DNA from: a bacterium
Lineage (GTDB): Bacteria; Margulisbacteria; WOR-1; CAVSGV01
Assembly (NCBI GenBank): GCA_043820455.1
Contig: JBDRDU010000066.1
Location: forward strand, 1-45,513
Direction: 5' to 3'
Length of the DNA: 45,513 nt
Shown here piece after piece: positions 24,954 to 34,103 of this stretch. The first letter of the stretch is position 1, and each line of letters begins with the position of its first letter. The position numbers and the translations under genes are program-made. The notes beneath the pieces are model-generated. The model had not been told where the DNA came from, searched no databases, and worked only from the letters and a program-made list of their open reading frames with translations.

Positions 24954-25997
24954 ATGAGTTTTTATGATTTTGTTTTCAGTTATTTTTCAAGGGATCTTGG
25001 TATTGATCTTGGAACGGCCACGACGCTTGTTTATGCGAAAGGGGAGGGGATAATACTTTGCGAGCCCTCGGTCGTTGCCATAGAAAAGGAAAAAGGGAAG
25101 GTTATCGCGATAGGGAATGAAGCAAAGGGAATGATCGGCAGAACGCCGGGAAATATCATCGCGGTCAGGCCGATGAGGGACGGCGTAATCGCGGATTTTG
25201 AAGTTACGGAAATGATGCTCCGCCATTTCATAAGCAAGAGCCACAACAGGACGGCGTTTGTCCGGCCGCGTATAGTTATAGGTGTCCCGTCCGGCATTAC
25301 AGGCGTTGAAAAACGCGCGGTCCTTGATGCGGCAATGCATGCGGGAGCAAGAGAAGCTTATTTAATAGAAGAGCCTATGGCTGCTGCCATAGGTGCAAAT
25401 CTTCCCGTTTCGGAGCCGGCAGGATCGATGATCGTTGACATTGGAGGAGGAACGACCGAGGTCGCCATATTGGCGCTGGGCGGCATAGTCGTTTCTAAAT
25501 CAATAAGGGTCGCAGGGGACGAGATGGATGAAGCTATTGTGGCCCACTGCAGAAAGAATTATAACCTGCTTATCGGGGAAAGATCGGCGGAGCAGATAAA
25601 GATCGATATTGGTTCGGCATATCCGCTGGGGGAGGAACGCACGGTTGAAGTAAGAGGAAGGGACCTTGTTACAGGGCTTCCAAAAACATTAACGCTCACT
25701 TCTTCTGAAGTAAGGGACGCCTTGTCGGAACCGATCGCCACTATTGTTGACGCGGTGAGGATGACACTGGAAAAGACCCCGCCGGAGCTTGCGGCGGACA
25801 TCATAGACAGGGGCATTGTAATGGCTGGAGGGGGTTCTCTCCTGCGAGGACTCGATAAGCACATAAGCCAGGAAACTGACATGTCCGTTTATGTAGTAGA
25901 TGATCCCATGTCCTGCGTCGTGTACGGCTGCGGAAAAGTTCTTGATGAACTTGAGACGCTTAAAAAAGTTTTGATCACTTCCAAAAAAGGCGTTTAA
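24954..25997 (+). CDS. mreB: Rod-shape-determining actin homologue MreB.
   Basis: [25 protein letters not shown] and [22 protein letters not shown] Shine-Dalgarno sequence upstream. Confidence 0.95.
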   Translation: MSFYDFVFSYFSRDLGIDLGTATTLVYAKGEGIILCEPSVVAIEKEKGKVIAIGNEAKGMIGRTPGNIIAVRPMRDGVIADFEVTEMMLRHFISKSHNRTAFVRPRIVIGVPSGITGVEKRAVLDAAMHAGAREAYLIEEPMAAAIGANLPVSEPAGSMIVDIGGGTTEVAILALGGIVVSKSIRVAGDEMDEAIVAHCRKNYNLLIGERSAEQIKIDIGSAYPLGEERTVEVRGRDLVTGLPKTLTLTSSEVRDALSEPIATIVDAVRMTLEKTPPELAADIIDRGIVMAGGGSLLRGLDKHISQETDMSVYVVDDPMSCVVYGCGKVLDELETLKKVLITSKKGV

Positions 25998-26019
25998 TCT
26001 CCATAAAGATTAGAGGGTT

Positions 26020-26841
26020 ATGTATTATTACGAAAACAGGAGAAAAAAAGGCATATACCTTTGGATAATCGTCCTGATCCTGATCGTAACAGCGTTAAAT
26101 ACCCCGGCAATTAAAAGATCTAAGTCTCTGCGTGCCGCAAGGGCACTGGCAAACAACATTTCATTCCCGTTCAAATATGTTTTTAATGCCGCATACGAAG
26201 TCCCTATATCCGGTGTTCGCAATCTTTTCAGGCTCAAAGGCGCACAAAAAGAGAATGAACAGTTAAAAAAAGAGATAAGCGAACACAAAGCGAAGGCTGT
26301 TTTGTTCGACGAGCTTTCCCGTGAAAATGAAAAGCTCCGCAGTGCGCTTTATTTCCGGTCAAACAGTCTCATCCCGGGACTTTTACCGGCAGAGATCATA
26401 GGCAGGGCAGGCAGTAATTGGTTTAACGTGGTTGAAATAAACAGAGGGGCGGCCGACAGGGTGGCTTCCGACAGCGCAGTGATAAATGATGAGGGCCTTG
26501 TTGGAAGGGTTTTTGAGGTTTCCAAGCATTCTTCCAAGGTCCTGCTTATTACGGATCCTTCTTCAGCTGTTTCTGTGCTGGATGTGGAAACAGGGGATAT
26601 GGGTATCGCTGCGGGAAATTCCATAGGGCCGCTCAAAATAAGGTACATGTCCGCCACTGCTGTCGTAAAAGCGGGAGATAAGATCGTAACGTCCGGCATG
26701 AGCGACATTTTCCCTAAAGGCGTCATCATCGGCGTTACGAGATCTGTCAACAAAAAAGATTATGATATTTTTCAGAAAGTTGATATTGATCCGGCCGTGA
26801 ACTTTTCAAGGCTTGACAAGGTCTTTGTCATCGCAAGATAA
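26020..26841 (+). CDS. mreC: Rod-shape-determining protein MreC.
   Basis: N-terminal TM helix, coiled coil (ENEQLKKEISEHK...ENEKLRSAL), beta-domains with GLVGRV and ...GDKIVTSG...FPKG. It sits immediately after mreB. Confidence 0.9.
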   Translation: MYYYENRRKKGIYLWIIVLILIVTALNTPAIKRSKSLRAARALANNISFPFKYVFNAAYEVPISGVRNLFRLKGAQKENEQLKKEISEHKAKAVLFDELSRENEKLRSALYFRSNSLIPGLLPAEIIGRAGSNWFNVVEINRGAADRVASDSAVINDEGLVGRVFEVSKHSSKVLLITDPSSAVSVLDVETGDMGIAAGNSIGPLKIRYMSATAVVKAGDKIVTSGMSDIFPKGVIIGVTRSVNKKDYDIFQKVDIDPAVNFSRLDKVFVIAR

Positions 26842-26842
26842 A

Positions 26843-27328
26843 ATGAAGACATTTAAGATCGTCTTGACCGTTTTCCTTGCATATTTATTGCAGATCACTG
26901 TCCTTTCAAGATTTCCGGTGTTCGGGGTAAGGGCGGATATCCTTCTGATAATCACTACTCTTTTTGCGGTCACATACGGAGCGGAGGAAGGCTTTTTAAT
27001 GGGGCTTTTATGCGGGCTTGTTCAGGACGTATTCGGCGGATCATTTTATATGCATACTGTTTCAATGTCCCTTCTTGGGTTCTTGATAGGGACCTTTAAG
27101 GAGAGCGTGTTCGGTACCGAAGAGGGGGTGGCATTAATAGCCGTAGCCGTGGCAACAGCCACATATTTTGTTTTGGAACTTACGATCCTCTTTTTCTTTT
27201 TTGGAAGGCCGACAGCTTCGCTGCCGGTGCTCGCAATGACGCTGTTCATCTCTTGTTTATATAACAGCTTGCTTGCGCCGTTGATTTACCCGGCCGTAAA
27301 ATTCAAGTCCAAATTGGTCATGGAGTAA
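26843..27328 (+). CDS. mreD: Rod-shape-determining protein MreD.
   Basis: Polytopic hydrophobic 161-aa product between mreC and mrdA. The ATG at 26843 follows the mreC stop. The ORF-track start at 26813 overlaps mreC. Confidence 0.8.
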   Translation: MKTFKIVLTVFLAYLLQITVLSRFPVFGVRADILLIITTLFAVTYGAEEGFLMGLLCGLVQDVFGGSFYMHTVSMSLLGFLIGTFKESVFGTEEGVALIAVAVATATYFVLELTILFFFFGRPTASLPVLAMTLFISCLYNSLLAPLIYPAVKFKSKLVME

Positions 27329-27331
27329 GCA

Positions 27332-29104
27332 ATGGACAGGGAAAATCAATCCAGGCTTTTTATAGGGATGCTTTTTGTCGTTTTTGTCGTTCTGTTCGGG
27401 CGGCTTTGGCAGTTGCAGGTGCTCGATTATTCGACCTATTCCACTCTGTCAAAAGAAAACACCACAAGGACCATCCCCGCATTGGCTCCCAGAGGGATAA
27501 TTTACGACAGGTACGGCAATGTCATTGTCGCGAACAGAGCGATATTTTCTGCATACTTGTTCCCAAGCAGCTTTGATGATGAAGATGAATTGAATAAAGT
27601 GCTGTCGTCAGTTTCCCGCATGGTCGGGATCCCGCAGGAAAAGATATTAAAAAAGATAAACGAGAACAAGTCGCGGCCGTTTGAGCCGATATTGATCAAG
27701 GACGACCTTTCAATAAAGACCGTTACCGCTCTTGAAGAAAGGCAGCGGGATCTTCCTGGCATTGTGATCAATGTCAGGCCCGTAAGATATTATCCTTACA
27801 AGAACCTTGCGGCTCATGTGTTGGGGTATGTAGGTGAGATCACGAAGGAGGAACTGGGCCATTTGCGTGAGCAGGGATATAACTTGAAGGATAATATAGG
27901 CAAGGAAGGGATAGAGATCACCTATGATAAATATCTGCGGGGAGTAGATGGAGGCCAGCAGCTGGAGATAGATGTTTCAGGAAGGCTGGTAAGGACGGTC
28001 GGAGTGTTCGATCCTGTCCCCGGCTCGGATATTAAGCTGACCCTGGACCTTGAGCTTCAAAAAGTCGTCGAAAAAAATCTTGAAGGGAAACGCGGCGCGG
28101 TCATTGTCATGGACCCGAGGAATGGAGAGATACTTGCCATGGCAAGCCAGCCGAGCTATGACCCGAATATCTTTGCCGCGCCGCTCGACAAGCGTGAATG
28201 GGAAAGGATGGACAGGGAAGGGCATCCCTTCTTGAATAGGGCTCTTTCAACTTATCCTCCCGGGTCTACTTTTAAAGTGGTGACTTTATCCGCGACGCTT
28301 CAAGAAGGGACGGCAAGCTTGGATGAGATATTCGAATGCAAGGGCTATTATATTTTAGGGAACCGGAAAGCGTTGTGCTGGATTTCGGAATATCCTCAAA
28401 AAGAACATGGCAAATTGAATATCCTGGAAGGATTGGTCCACTCCTGTGATGTGGTCTTTTATGAGCTTGGGCTTAGGAACGGCCCAACTCTTCTTTCAAA
28501 ATATTCCAAGGTTTACGGGTTGGGCGCGCGCACAGGGATAGATCTTCCGGGCGAGCTGTCCGGAGTGGTCCCTACGGAAGAATGGAAAAAGAAGGTCTAT
28601 AAGGATGTATGGGTCAAAGGCGATTCGATCAATTTCGGCATCGGCCAGGGTTTTCTTATTGTTACCCCTATCCAAATGGCAAATGTGTATGGGACTATTG
28701 CTGCCGGGAAAAGATTTGTTCCGCATGTGGCGCTTGACGTAAGATCCAGGGATGGAAAGGAAATTTTCAAGTATAAGCCGGCAACGATAGGGGGCATCCC
28801 ATTATCGCCTGAAAATACCGATCTGCTTAAGGCTACCATGAGGGAAGTGGTAATACGCGGCACCGGCATTGCTGCTGAGGTCAAGGATATGCCTGCGGCG
28901 GGAAAAACAGGGACTGCTGAGAACCCGGGAAAGCCTCACGCATGGTTCATGTGCTTTGCGCCTTACACTTCTCCTGAGGTCGTGGTCATATCATTTGTTG
29001 AGCACGGCGAGCATGGCGACAGGGTCACTGCTTACATCGCGCGGGAGATACTTAAATGGTACAGGGACAATGTGTACAATAAAGAAAAGGCAAAAGCAGG
29101 TTGA
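27332..29104 (+). CDS. mrdA: Penicillin-binding protein 2 (elongasome transpeptidase).
   Basis: N-terminal TM helix, PBP dimerisation domain, and transpeptidase motifs STFK (SxxK) and KTGTA (KTG). It follows mreD. No rodA follows it in this window. Confidence 0.9.
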   Translation: MDRENQSRLFIGMLFVVFVVLFGRLWQLQVLDYSTYSTLSKENTTRTIPALAPRGIIYDRYGNVIVANRAIFSAYLFPSSFDDEDELNKVLSSVSRMVGIPQEKILKKINENKSRPFEPILIKDDLSIKTVTALEERQRDLPGIVINVRPVRYYPYKNLAAHVLGYVGEITKEELGHLREQGYNLKDNIGKEGIEITYDKYLRGVDGGQQLEIDVSGRLVRTVGVFDPVPGSDIKLTLDLELQKVVEKNLEGKRGAVIVMDPRNGEILAMASQPSYDPNIFAAPLDKREWERMDREGHPFLNRALSTYPPGSTFKVVTLSATLQEGTASLDEIFECKGYYILGNRKALCWISEYPQKEHGKLNILEGLVHSCDVVFYELGLRNGPTLLSKYSKVYGLGARTGIDLPGELSGVVPTEEWKKKVYKDVWVKGDSINFGIGQGFLIVTPIQMANVYGTIAAGKRFVPHVALDVRSRDGKEIFKYKPATIGGIPLSPENTDLLKATMREVVIRGTGIAAEVKDMPAAGKTGTAENPGKPHAWFMCFAPYTSPEVVVISFVEHGEHGDRVTAYIAREILKWYRDNVYNKEKAKAG

Positions 29105-29136
29105 CCCTGAAGTATGCTAAAAGCTTAACTTCAGGG
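29105..29136 (+). terminator. Possible intrinsic terminator hairpin after mrdA.
   Basis: CCCTGAAGT - 14-nt loop - ACTTCAGGG forms a 9-bp stem that starts right after the stop codon. The downstream T-tract is weak (TTGAGTGTTTT). Confidence 0.35.
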
Positions 29137-29165
29137 TTGAGTGTTTTAGCGGCTTGTGATATACT
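29137..29165 (+). promoter_or_regulatory. Sigma70-type promoter: TTGAGT-N17-TATACT, upstream of rplY.
   Basis: Positions 29137..29142 and 29160..29165. It would give a leader of about 60 nt that contains the palindrome at 29203..29222. Confidence 0.4.
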
Positions 29166-29202
29166 TTTGCCTTGTTTTGCCCCGACATATGGTTGGCGGC
29201 AG

Positions 29203-29222
29203 CCTGCCTGCCGGCAGGCAGG
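29203..29222. repeat. Perfect 20-nt palindrome CCTGCCTGCCGGCAGGCAGG. It is copy 1 of a dispersed 19-nt repeat.
   Basis: It is exactly self-complementary. TGCCTGCCGGCAGGCAGGG (29205..29223) recurs identically at 45343..45361. Its 3' arm abuts the GGGGAGAG Shine-Dalgarno sequence of rplY. Confidence 0.85.
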
Positions 29223-29233
29223 GGAGAGTTAAA

Positions 29234-30001
29234 TTGGAAAAAGTTGAATTAGAAGCAAAGACAAGGGAAAGGACTGGGACAAGCCATTCTCGCAGAGCAA
29301 GGCTTTCCGGGATGATCCCTGCTATTGTTTATGGAAAGGGAATGGAGCCTCTTTCGATAGAGGTGAACAATAAGATGTTCACAAAGATCATCAGCTCAAA
29401 AGCTGGACGCAATGTTATTATCACTCTGAAAATTGCCGGGGATGGCAATGTCCAGAATATCCCCGCATTAGCCCATGAGATATTAAGGGATGCCATCAGA
29501 AGAAGCATATCCCACATTGATTTTTACAGGATAAAGATGGATGAGGAGATCAAGACAAAGGTCCCGGTTCTCCTTCTGGGTGAATCTATCGGCGTAAAAC
29601 TTGATGGAGGTATCCTTGTACATGGGCTTAGAGAAGTGGAAGTAAAATGTTTACCCGCCAATATCCCTGATAAATTCGAGATAGACATTTCAGCTTTAAA
29701 GCTCAGCGGGGGGCTCCATGTGTCCGATCTTAAACCTGAAAAGGAAGTAGCGATCGTGACTGCTCCCACGGAAATCCTGGTGACCATTGCGGCGCCGACC
29801 AAGGAAGAAGAAGTTATCGCCCCGATAACGGCACCGGAAGTTACGGGTCAGGCTGTGCCGCCCACAGCACCCGGAGCTGCTCCTGCTGCCGGTGTTGCTG
29901 CACCTGCAGGAAAAGAAGCCGCGCCTGCGAAAGGCGCAGCGTCTGCCGCTAAAGAAGCGGCTCCTGCCAAAGCTGCCGCGCCTGAAACGAAGAAGAAATA
30001 G
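29234..30001 (+). CDS. rplY: 50S ribosomal protein L25 / general stress protein Ctc, with an Ala/Pro/Lys-rich C-terminal tail.
   Basis: LEAKTRERTGTSHSRRARLSGMIPAIVYGKG is the L25 N-terminal signature, followed by the Ctc-type second domain. The TTG at 29234 has GGGGAGAG 6 nt upstream. The ORF-track start at 29156 would add a non-homologous leader. The start choice is uncertain. Confidence 0.8.
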   Translation: MEKVELEAKTRERTGTSHSRRARLSGMIPAIVYGKGMEPLSIEVNNKMFTKIISSKAGRNVIITLKIAGDGNVQNIPALAHEILRDAIRRSISHIDFYRIKMDEEIKTKVPVLLLGESIGVKLDGGILVHGLREVEVKCLPANIPDKFEIDISALKLSGGLHVSDLKPEKEVAIVTAPTEILVTIAAPTKEEEVIAPITAPEVTGQAVPPTAPGAAPAAGVAAPAGKEAAPAKGAASAAKEAAPAKAAAPETKKK

Positions 30002-30073
30002 ACCTCACCCAAACAGATGGTGCAAGTTTTCCCCTTCATTTCACGATGAATAGATTGAGACAAAAAGCCCAGA

Positions 30074-30102
30074 TTGACTTTTTTTGTCTTGAAGTATATC
30101 AT
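30074..30102 (+). promoter_or_regulatory. Sigma70-type promoter: TTGACT-N17-TATCAT.
   Basis: Positions 30074..30079 and 30097..30102, about 20 nt upstream of the AAGGGAG Shine-Dalgarno sequence of the fliK-like gene. Confidence 0.4.
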
Positions 30103-30123
30103 TTTATTTTAAGGGAGTGATCT

Positions 30124-31359
30124 ATGGGCGAAGATATATCGACATCCTCCGGCGGACTGCATCCTGGAAGGCCTGTTATATGGCCGGCGGGTAAATCCGC
30201 CACTACCGCCCAGACTCCTCAGGCGGCCGCAGGAGCTCAGACGCCGCCCAAAATAACTCCAACACCTCAGGAAATAGCACAGGCTCAGGCTGCCGCAAAA
30301 GTGCTTGAGAGAGGTACGGTAGCCCGTCAATTTACCCAGGCGGACCTGATGGAACTTCTAGTATCACAGAATATTGATAATACAGAGGCGAACCAGAAAC
30401 TTGCCACAGCAATGCTTCGCTACGGAGTGGAAGTTTCAAGGGCAAATTTCACGAAACTTTCCGCGATGGTGGGGACCGACACGGGACAGACGATCCAGGA
30501 GGCGGCGATACTTCTTCTTATGAAAGGGATCGATTCTCCGGCTGCCACGAAGACTTTAAGCCAGTTTTTATCCGAGAATCCTCAGCTTGCAGCCCAGCTT
30601 TTATCTCTGAAAGGGAACATTTCGGACCTTCTTGCCGCTCTTTCCATGGGAAAAGGCATCATAAATGATCAATTGATTGCAAAGCTTATCGCTGTGCTTA
30701 TGCAGTTCAATGAAGACCTGGACAACGTTCCTGGAAAATACAAATTTTCAGGAAAAGGTTCCATGGGAAGGACAGAACTTTCTTCCAATTTAAGGGCGCT
30801 TAAGGCGATACTCGACGGTCTTCCCGGAAAGCAGAATTTACCGGACAGTGCGGAAGGGCAGATAGTCAAATCAAATATCAACGCCACTTCGAATAAACTT
30901 GACCAGATGATACAGAGTGTTATTTCCCAGGCGATGCTTTCAAAACAGTCCGCGAAACCCGATGTGAATTACTCTTATTACCAGATCCCGAATGCTTTGG
31001 TGAAACCTCCCACGACGGTTGACCTGATAGTTAAGAGGAGCGGCAAGGAAGGCGGGAAAAAAATAGACCCAGAGGATACCCAAATAATAATGTCGCTTGA
31101 AACATTGAATCTCGGGCGCATTGCCGTAAAAATGGCCATAAAAGGGAAGAGCGTTGAATTTCTGTTCAATACGCAAAATGACGAAGTAAAGTCCCTGGTA
31201 AACAGCAATTCGAAAGAGCTTGCCGGCGCTGTGTCGGGAAAGGATTTTTTGGTCCCCAAGATACAGGTGAAAGTGAATCCTTCGATGTGTGCGATAAAAC
31301 CGTTTTTGATACCTTTTCTTGGAATTGAAGATCTGATGAAAATAGATGTGAGCGCGTGA
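30124..31359 (+). CDS. Flagellar hook-length control protein FliK-like.
   Basis: Pro/Gln/Ala-rich N-terminal region. The C-terminal block LETLNLGRIAVKMAIKGKSVEFLFNTQNDEVKSLVNSNSKELAGAVSGKDF resembles the Flg_hook (FliK C-terminal) domain. It overlaps the following flhB-C-like gene, a pairing known in Firmicutes. Confidence 0.55.
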   Translation: MGEDISTSSGGLHPGRPVIWPAGKSATTAQTPQAAAGAQTPPKITPTPQEIAQAQAAAKVLERGTVARQFTQADLMELLVSQNIDNTEANQKLATAMLRYGVEVSRANFTKLSAMVGTDTGQTIQEAAILLLMKGIDSPAATKTLSQFLSENPQLAAQLLSLKGNISDLLAALSMGKGIINDQLIAKLIAVLMQFNEDLDNVPGKYKFSGKGSMGRTELSSNLRALKAILDGLPGKQNLPDSAEGQIVKSNINATSNKLDQMIQSVISQAMLSKQSAKPDVNYSYYQIPNALVKPPTTVDLIVKRSGKEGGKKIDPEDTQIIMSLETLNLGRIAVKMAIKGKSVEFLFNTQNDEVKSLVNSNSKELAGAVSGKDFLVPKIQVKVNPSMCAIKPFLIPFLGIEDLMKIDVSA

Positions 31360-31682
31360 TGGCAGAGAAAGATCGACCGACCCCAGCTAAAAGGACCGCA
31401 GTTGCGATGCGGTACGACGTGGAAGCGAACAAAGCCCCGCTTATACTTGCTTCCGGGCGAGGAGCTGTTGCGGATGAGATACTTCGCATAGCAGAAGAGA
31501 ACAAGATCCCTCTTTATGAGAACAGGGAATTGGCCAATATGCTCGCAAAACTCGAGATCGATACTGAGATCCCCCCTCAATTATATATCCTTGTTGCTGA
31601 AGTTCTTTTCTTTGTTTATAAGCTTGACAAGATGGCCGAGAAAAGAGAGAAGCTGATCAAAAGGATAACGGAAGAAAAATAA
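31356..31682 (+). CDS. FlhB C-terminal-domain homologue (EscU/YscU/HrcU-family switch-domain protein, YlqH/FlhX-like).
   Basis: AVAMRYDVEANKAPLILASGRGAVADEILRIAEENKIPLYENRELANML...IPPQLYILVAEVL matches the FlhB cytoplasmic-domain core. It has no TM region. Confidence 0.8.
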   Translation: MMAEKDRPTPAKRTAVAMRYDVEANKAPLILASGRGAVADEILRIAEENKIPLYENRELANMLAKLEIDTEIPPQLYILVAEVLFFVYKLDKMAEKREKLIKRITEEK

Positions 31683-31688
31683 AACCCC

Positions 31689-31717
31689 TTGATTTTTCCT
31701 GTAATTATGCGTATAAT
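31689..31717 (+). promoter_or_regulatory. Sigma70-type promoter: TTGATT-N17-TATAAT, upstream of flgF.
   Basis: Positions 31689..31694 and 31712..31717, with a consensus -10 and optimal spacing. AGGAG Shine-Dalgarno sequence at 31760. Confidence 0.5.
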
Positions 31718-31772
31718 CCTCACATAAAATCTCTCCCGAGAGGTCGGGGCAGGTCAGTTAGGAGCTAATAAC

Positions 31773-32507
31773 ATGAGCGATAAGATCCTTGAAGTTGGAG
31801 GGGCAGGGATTGAAGGAGCGGACGCCAAAGTTAAGGCGCTTATGAGCAACATGGTCAACTCCGAGACGCCCGGATACAGGAAATCCGATGTTATTATCAG
31901 ATCTTTCCCTACTTATCTGGAAGAAGCCCAGCGAAGGTCCTCTACGCAAGTCCCGCAAATCGAAGGAATGCATTACAACCAAACTCCCGGAACACTCTTG
32001 CGAACGGGAAATAAAACAGATCTGTCCATAGGTGGCGAAGGTTTTTTTGTGGTTGGGACGCCGCAGGGAGAAGGATACACAAGAGATGGAAGGTTCACAT
32101 TGGACCAGGAGGGCAGGCTTATTACGGTTTCGGGCAATTTCCCTGTTATGGGAATTACGGGACCGATCATCGTTAATCCCGGTGATGATGTGGAATTTTC
32201 CGGGGATGGAAGAGTCAGGGTCAAAGGCGTGGAAGTGAACATGATAAAGGTAGTTAAATTCGAAGATATGTCCGTTCTCAGCCCGATAAACGGATCGGTT
32301 TTTAAAGCCAGCACTCAGGCGGAGATAGAAACGTCTCAAATGCCGCGTATTGTCAGCGGTTATGTTGAAGCGTCAAATGTGAACATTATAGAGGAAATGA
32401 TGAATTTGATCTATTTGTCCCGTGTTTATGAACTTGACGCAAAAGTAGTATCGAACAGGGAAGCTATGATGTCGAAGGCCATAGAGATGGGCCGTGCGGC
32501 GCAGTAA
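31773..32507 (+). CDS. flgF: Flagellar basal-body rod protein FlgF.
   Basis: N-terminal rod motif (MSNMVNSETPGYRK) and C-terminal GYVEASNVNIIEEMMNLI...RVYE. It sits directly upstream of flgG. Confidence 0.8.
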   Translation: MSDKILEVGGAGIEGADAKVKALMSNMVNSETPGYRKSDVIIRSFPTYLEEAQRRSSTQVPQIEGMHYNQTPGTLLRTGNKTDLSIGGEGFFVVGTPQGEGYTRDGRFTLDQEGRLITVSGNFPVMGITGPIIVNPGDDVEFSGDGRVRVKGVEVNMIKVVKFEDMSVLSPINGSVFKASTQAEIETSQMPRIVSGYVEASNVNIIEEMMNLIYLSRVYELDAKVVSNREAMMSKAIEMGRAAQ

Positions 32508-32545
32508 AAGCCCGCGGAGAGATTTATAAAGGAGGTTGAAAATTT

Positions 32546-33349
32546 ATGTTTGAACCGCTTTATGTTGCTGCTACGGGGCTGAACGTTTTTGAGGACGAAA
32601 TGGTTGACATAACGAACAATCTTGCGAACGCCAGTACGGTGGGGTTTAAAAAAGGACGCGTTGAAAAGGAGAGCCTTTTTACCATCGAGAGGACTTTTCA
32701 GTCTGAACTGAGAGAGCAAATGATAAAGCAGGGGATCATCCCGACGTATGGCCCCATAGAATACGGGACCGGCGTGCGTGTTGCGGCGACAACGAAAGAT
32801 TTTTCTCAAGGTACGATCTCGGTCACGAGTAATCCTCTCGATCTGGCGGTCCAAGGGGAGGGGTTTTTCCAGTTCAGGATGCCCGACAATACATTCGCGT
32901 ATGGAAGGGCGGGGAATCTGCATGTTGATAATGAAGGGAATCTGGTGGATCCGAACGGCTACAAGATCGAACCCGGCATCATGATCCCTGAAGGGACGAC
33001 AAGAGTGATCATTAGGCAGGATGGCACAGTTGCTGTTTCCATCGACAATAGCGTCACTGTCCAGGATGTTGGGCAGGTCCCTCTGGTGAAATTCTTTAAT
33101 CCGGCGGGATTGAAGAGTATAGGGCAGAATTTATTTGTTGAGACAGAGTCTTCCGGGACGCAGATGATCGGGATCGCTAATCAGGAAGGGTTCGGTACGA
33201 TCAATCAATATGCGCTCGAAAGCTCGAACGTTGATGTTATGTCCGAAATGATGCGAATGGTCATGATACAGAGGATATTTGAGACCGTATCTAAAGCCGT
33301 TCAAAGCTATGACGGGATGCTGGCTTCAGTGGAAAAAATGAAATCGTAA
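32546..33349 (+). CDS. flgG: Flagellar distal rod protein FlgG.
   Basis: PLYVAATGLNVFEDEMVDITNNLANASTVGFKK at the N-terminus and LESSNVDVMSEMMRMVMIQRIFE at the C-terminus. Confidence 0.9.
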   Translation: MFEPLYVAATGLNVFEDEMVDITNNLANASTVGFKKGRVEKESLFTIERTFQSELREQMIKQGIIPTYGPIEYGTGVRVAATTKDFSQGTISVTSNPLDLAVQGEGFFQFRMPDNTFAYGRAGNLHVDNEGNLVDPNGYKIEPGIMIPEGTTRVIIRQDGTVAVSIDNSVTVQDVGQVPLVKFFNPAGLKSIGQNLFVETESSGTQMIGIANQEGFGTINQYALESSNVDVMSEMMRMVMIQRIFETVSKAVQSYDGMLASVEKMKS

Positions 33350-33365
33350 TAAGGATCAATTAATA

Positions 33366-34103
33366 ATGCGAGATTCAAGGATAATTAAAACAGCTCTAGT
33401 GTTGATCTTTCTGTTGGCTTTGGCCGGCAATTCAAGCTTTGGGGCTTATGTGTCCGATGATGTTCCCAGCAGGATCACAAAGGCCATAGTCAGCTATCTT
33501 GTCACTAAAGACAAAAGCTACGCCAATAAAAAGATAGAAGTATCATATAAATATGCGGATAGGATCTTCAGGGAGCTTAAAACCCGCAAGGGGAAGGTCA
33601 CTTTTTCGATCGCTGAGCTGTACCCGGATTTTAAACCGGTAGGTAATATTATTGTCCCTATCCAGGTGATCGTTGATGATGTCCCAAAGGAAAAAATATT
33701 CCTTAGAATGAAAGTTTCCATTTTTGACAGGATCGTTGTTGCGACAAAGCGCTTGAAGAGAGGGGATATGATAACCAGCGCCGAAGCTGCTGTTGAAGAG
33801 AGGGATGTTGCGGTGCTCAACCCTAATATAATAAAGGATATTAATCTTGTTATAGGCAAGGAATCTAAAACTTATATACCCAGCCTTAACCCTATATACG
33901 ACTGGATGATAAAAGAAAAGCCCCTTGTGCGAAAGAATGAAAAGGTCAAGATAAATGCGATCTCTCAAAACATTCTTGTGGTTGCCGTTGGGATCTCGTT
34001 GGAGGATGGGGACCTGGGATCCAAGATAAAGGTCAAGAACTTGAGTTCCGGAAAAGCATTGGTCGGCATGGTCACCGGCATGGGAGAGGTAACAGTGCAA
34101 TGA
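33366..34103 (+). CDS. flgA: Flagellar P-ring assembly chaperone FlgA.
   Basis: Signal peptide, then a C-terminal SAF-type region ([13 protein letters not shown]...[10 protein letters not shown]...[26 protein letters not shown]). It lies between flgG and flgH/flgI. Confidence 0.8.
   Translation: MRDSRIIKTALVLIFLLALAGNSSFGAYVSDDVPSRITKAIVSYLVTKDKSYANKKIEVSYKYADRIFRELKTRKGKVTFSIAELYPDFKPVGNIIVPIQVIVDDVPKEKIFLRMKVSIFDRIVVATKRLKRGDMITSAEAAVEERDVAVLNPNIIKDINLVIGKESKTYIPSLNPIYDWMIKEKPLVRKNEKVKINAISQNILVVAVGISLEDGDLGSKIKVKNLSSGKALVGMVTGMGEVTVQ

Noticed and set aside
29156-29233. The N-terminal extension of rplY (MIYFCLVLPRHMVGGSLPAGRQGRVK).
   Set aside because: It has no L25 homology. It covers the predicted promoter -10 element and the palindromic repeat. 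A TTG with a good Shine-Dalgarno sequence at 29234 gives a canonical L25 N-terminus.
30059-30088. The hairpin GACAAAAAG...CTTTTTTTGTC as the rplY terminator.
   Set aside because: The stem is almost entirely A-T and therefore weak, and it overlaps the predicted -35 element of the next promoter. I kept it only as a possibility and did not annotate it.
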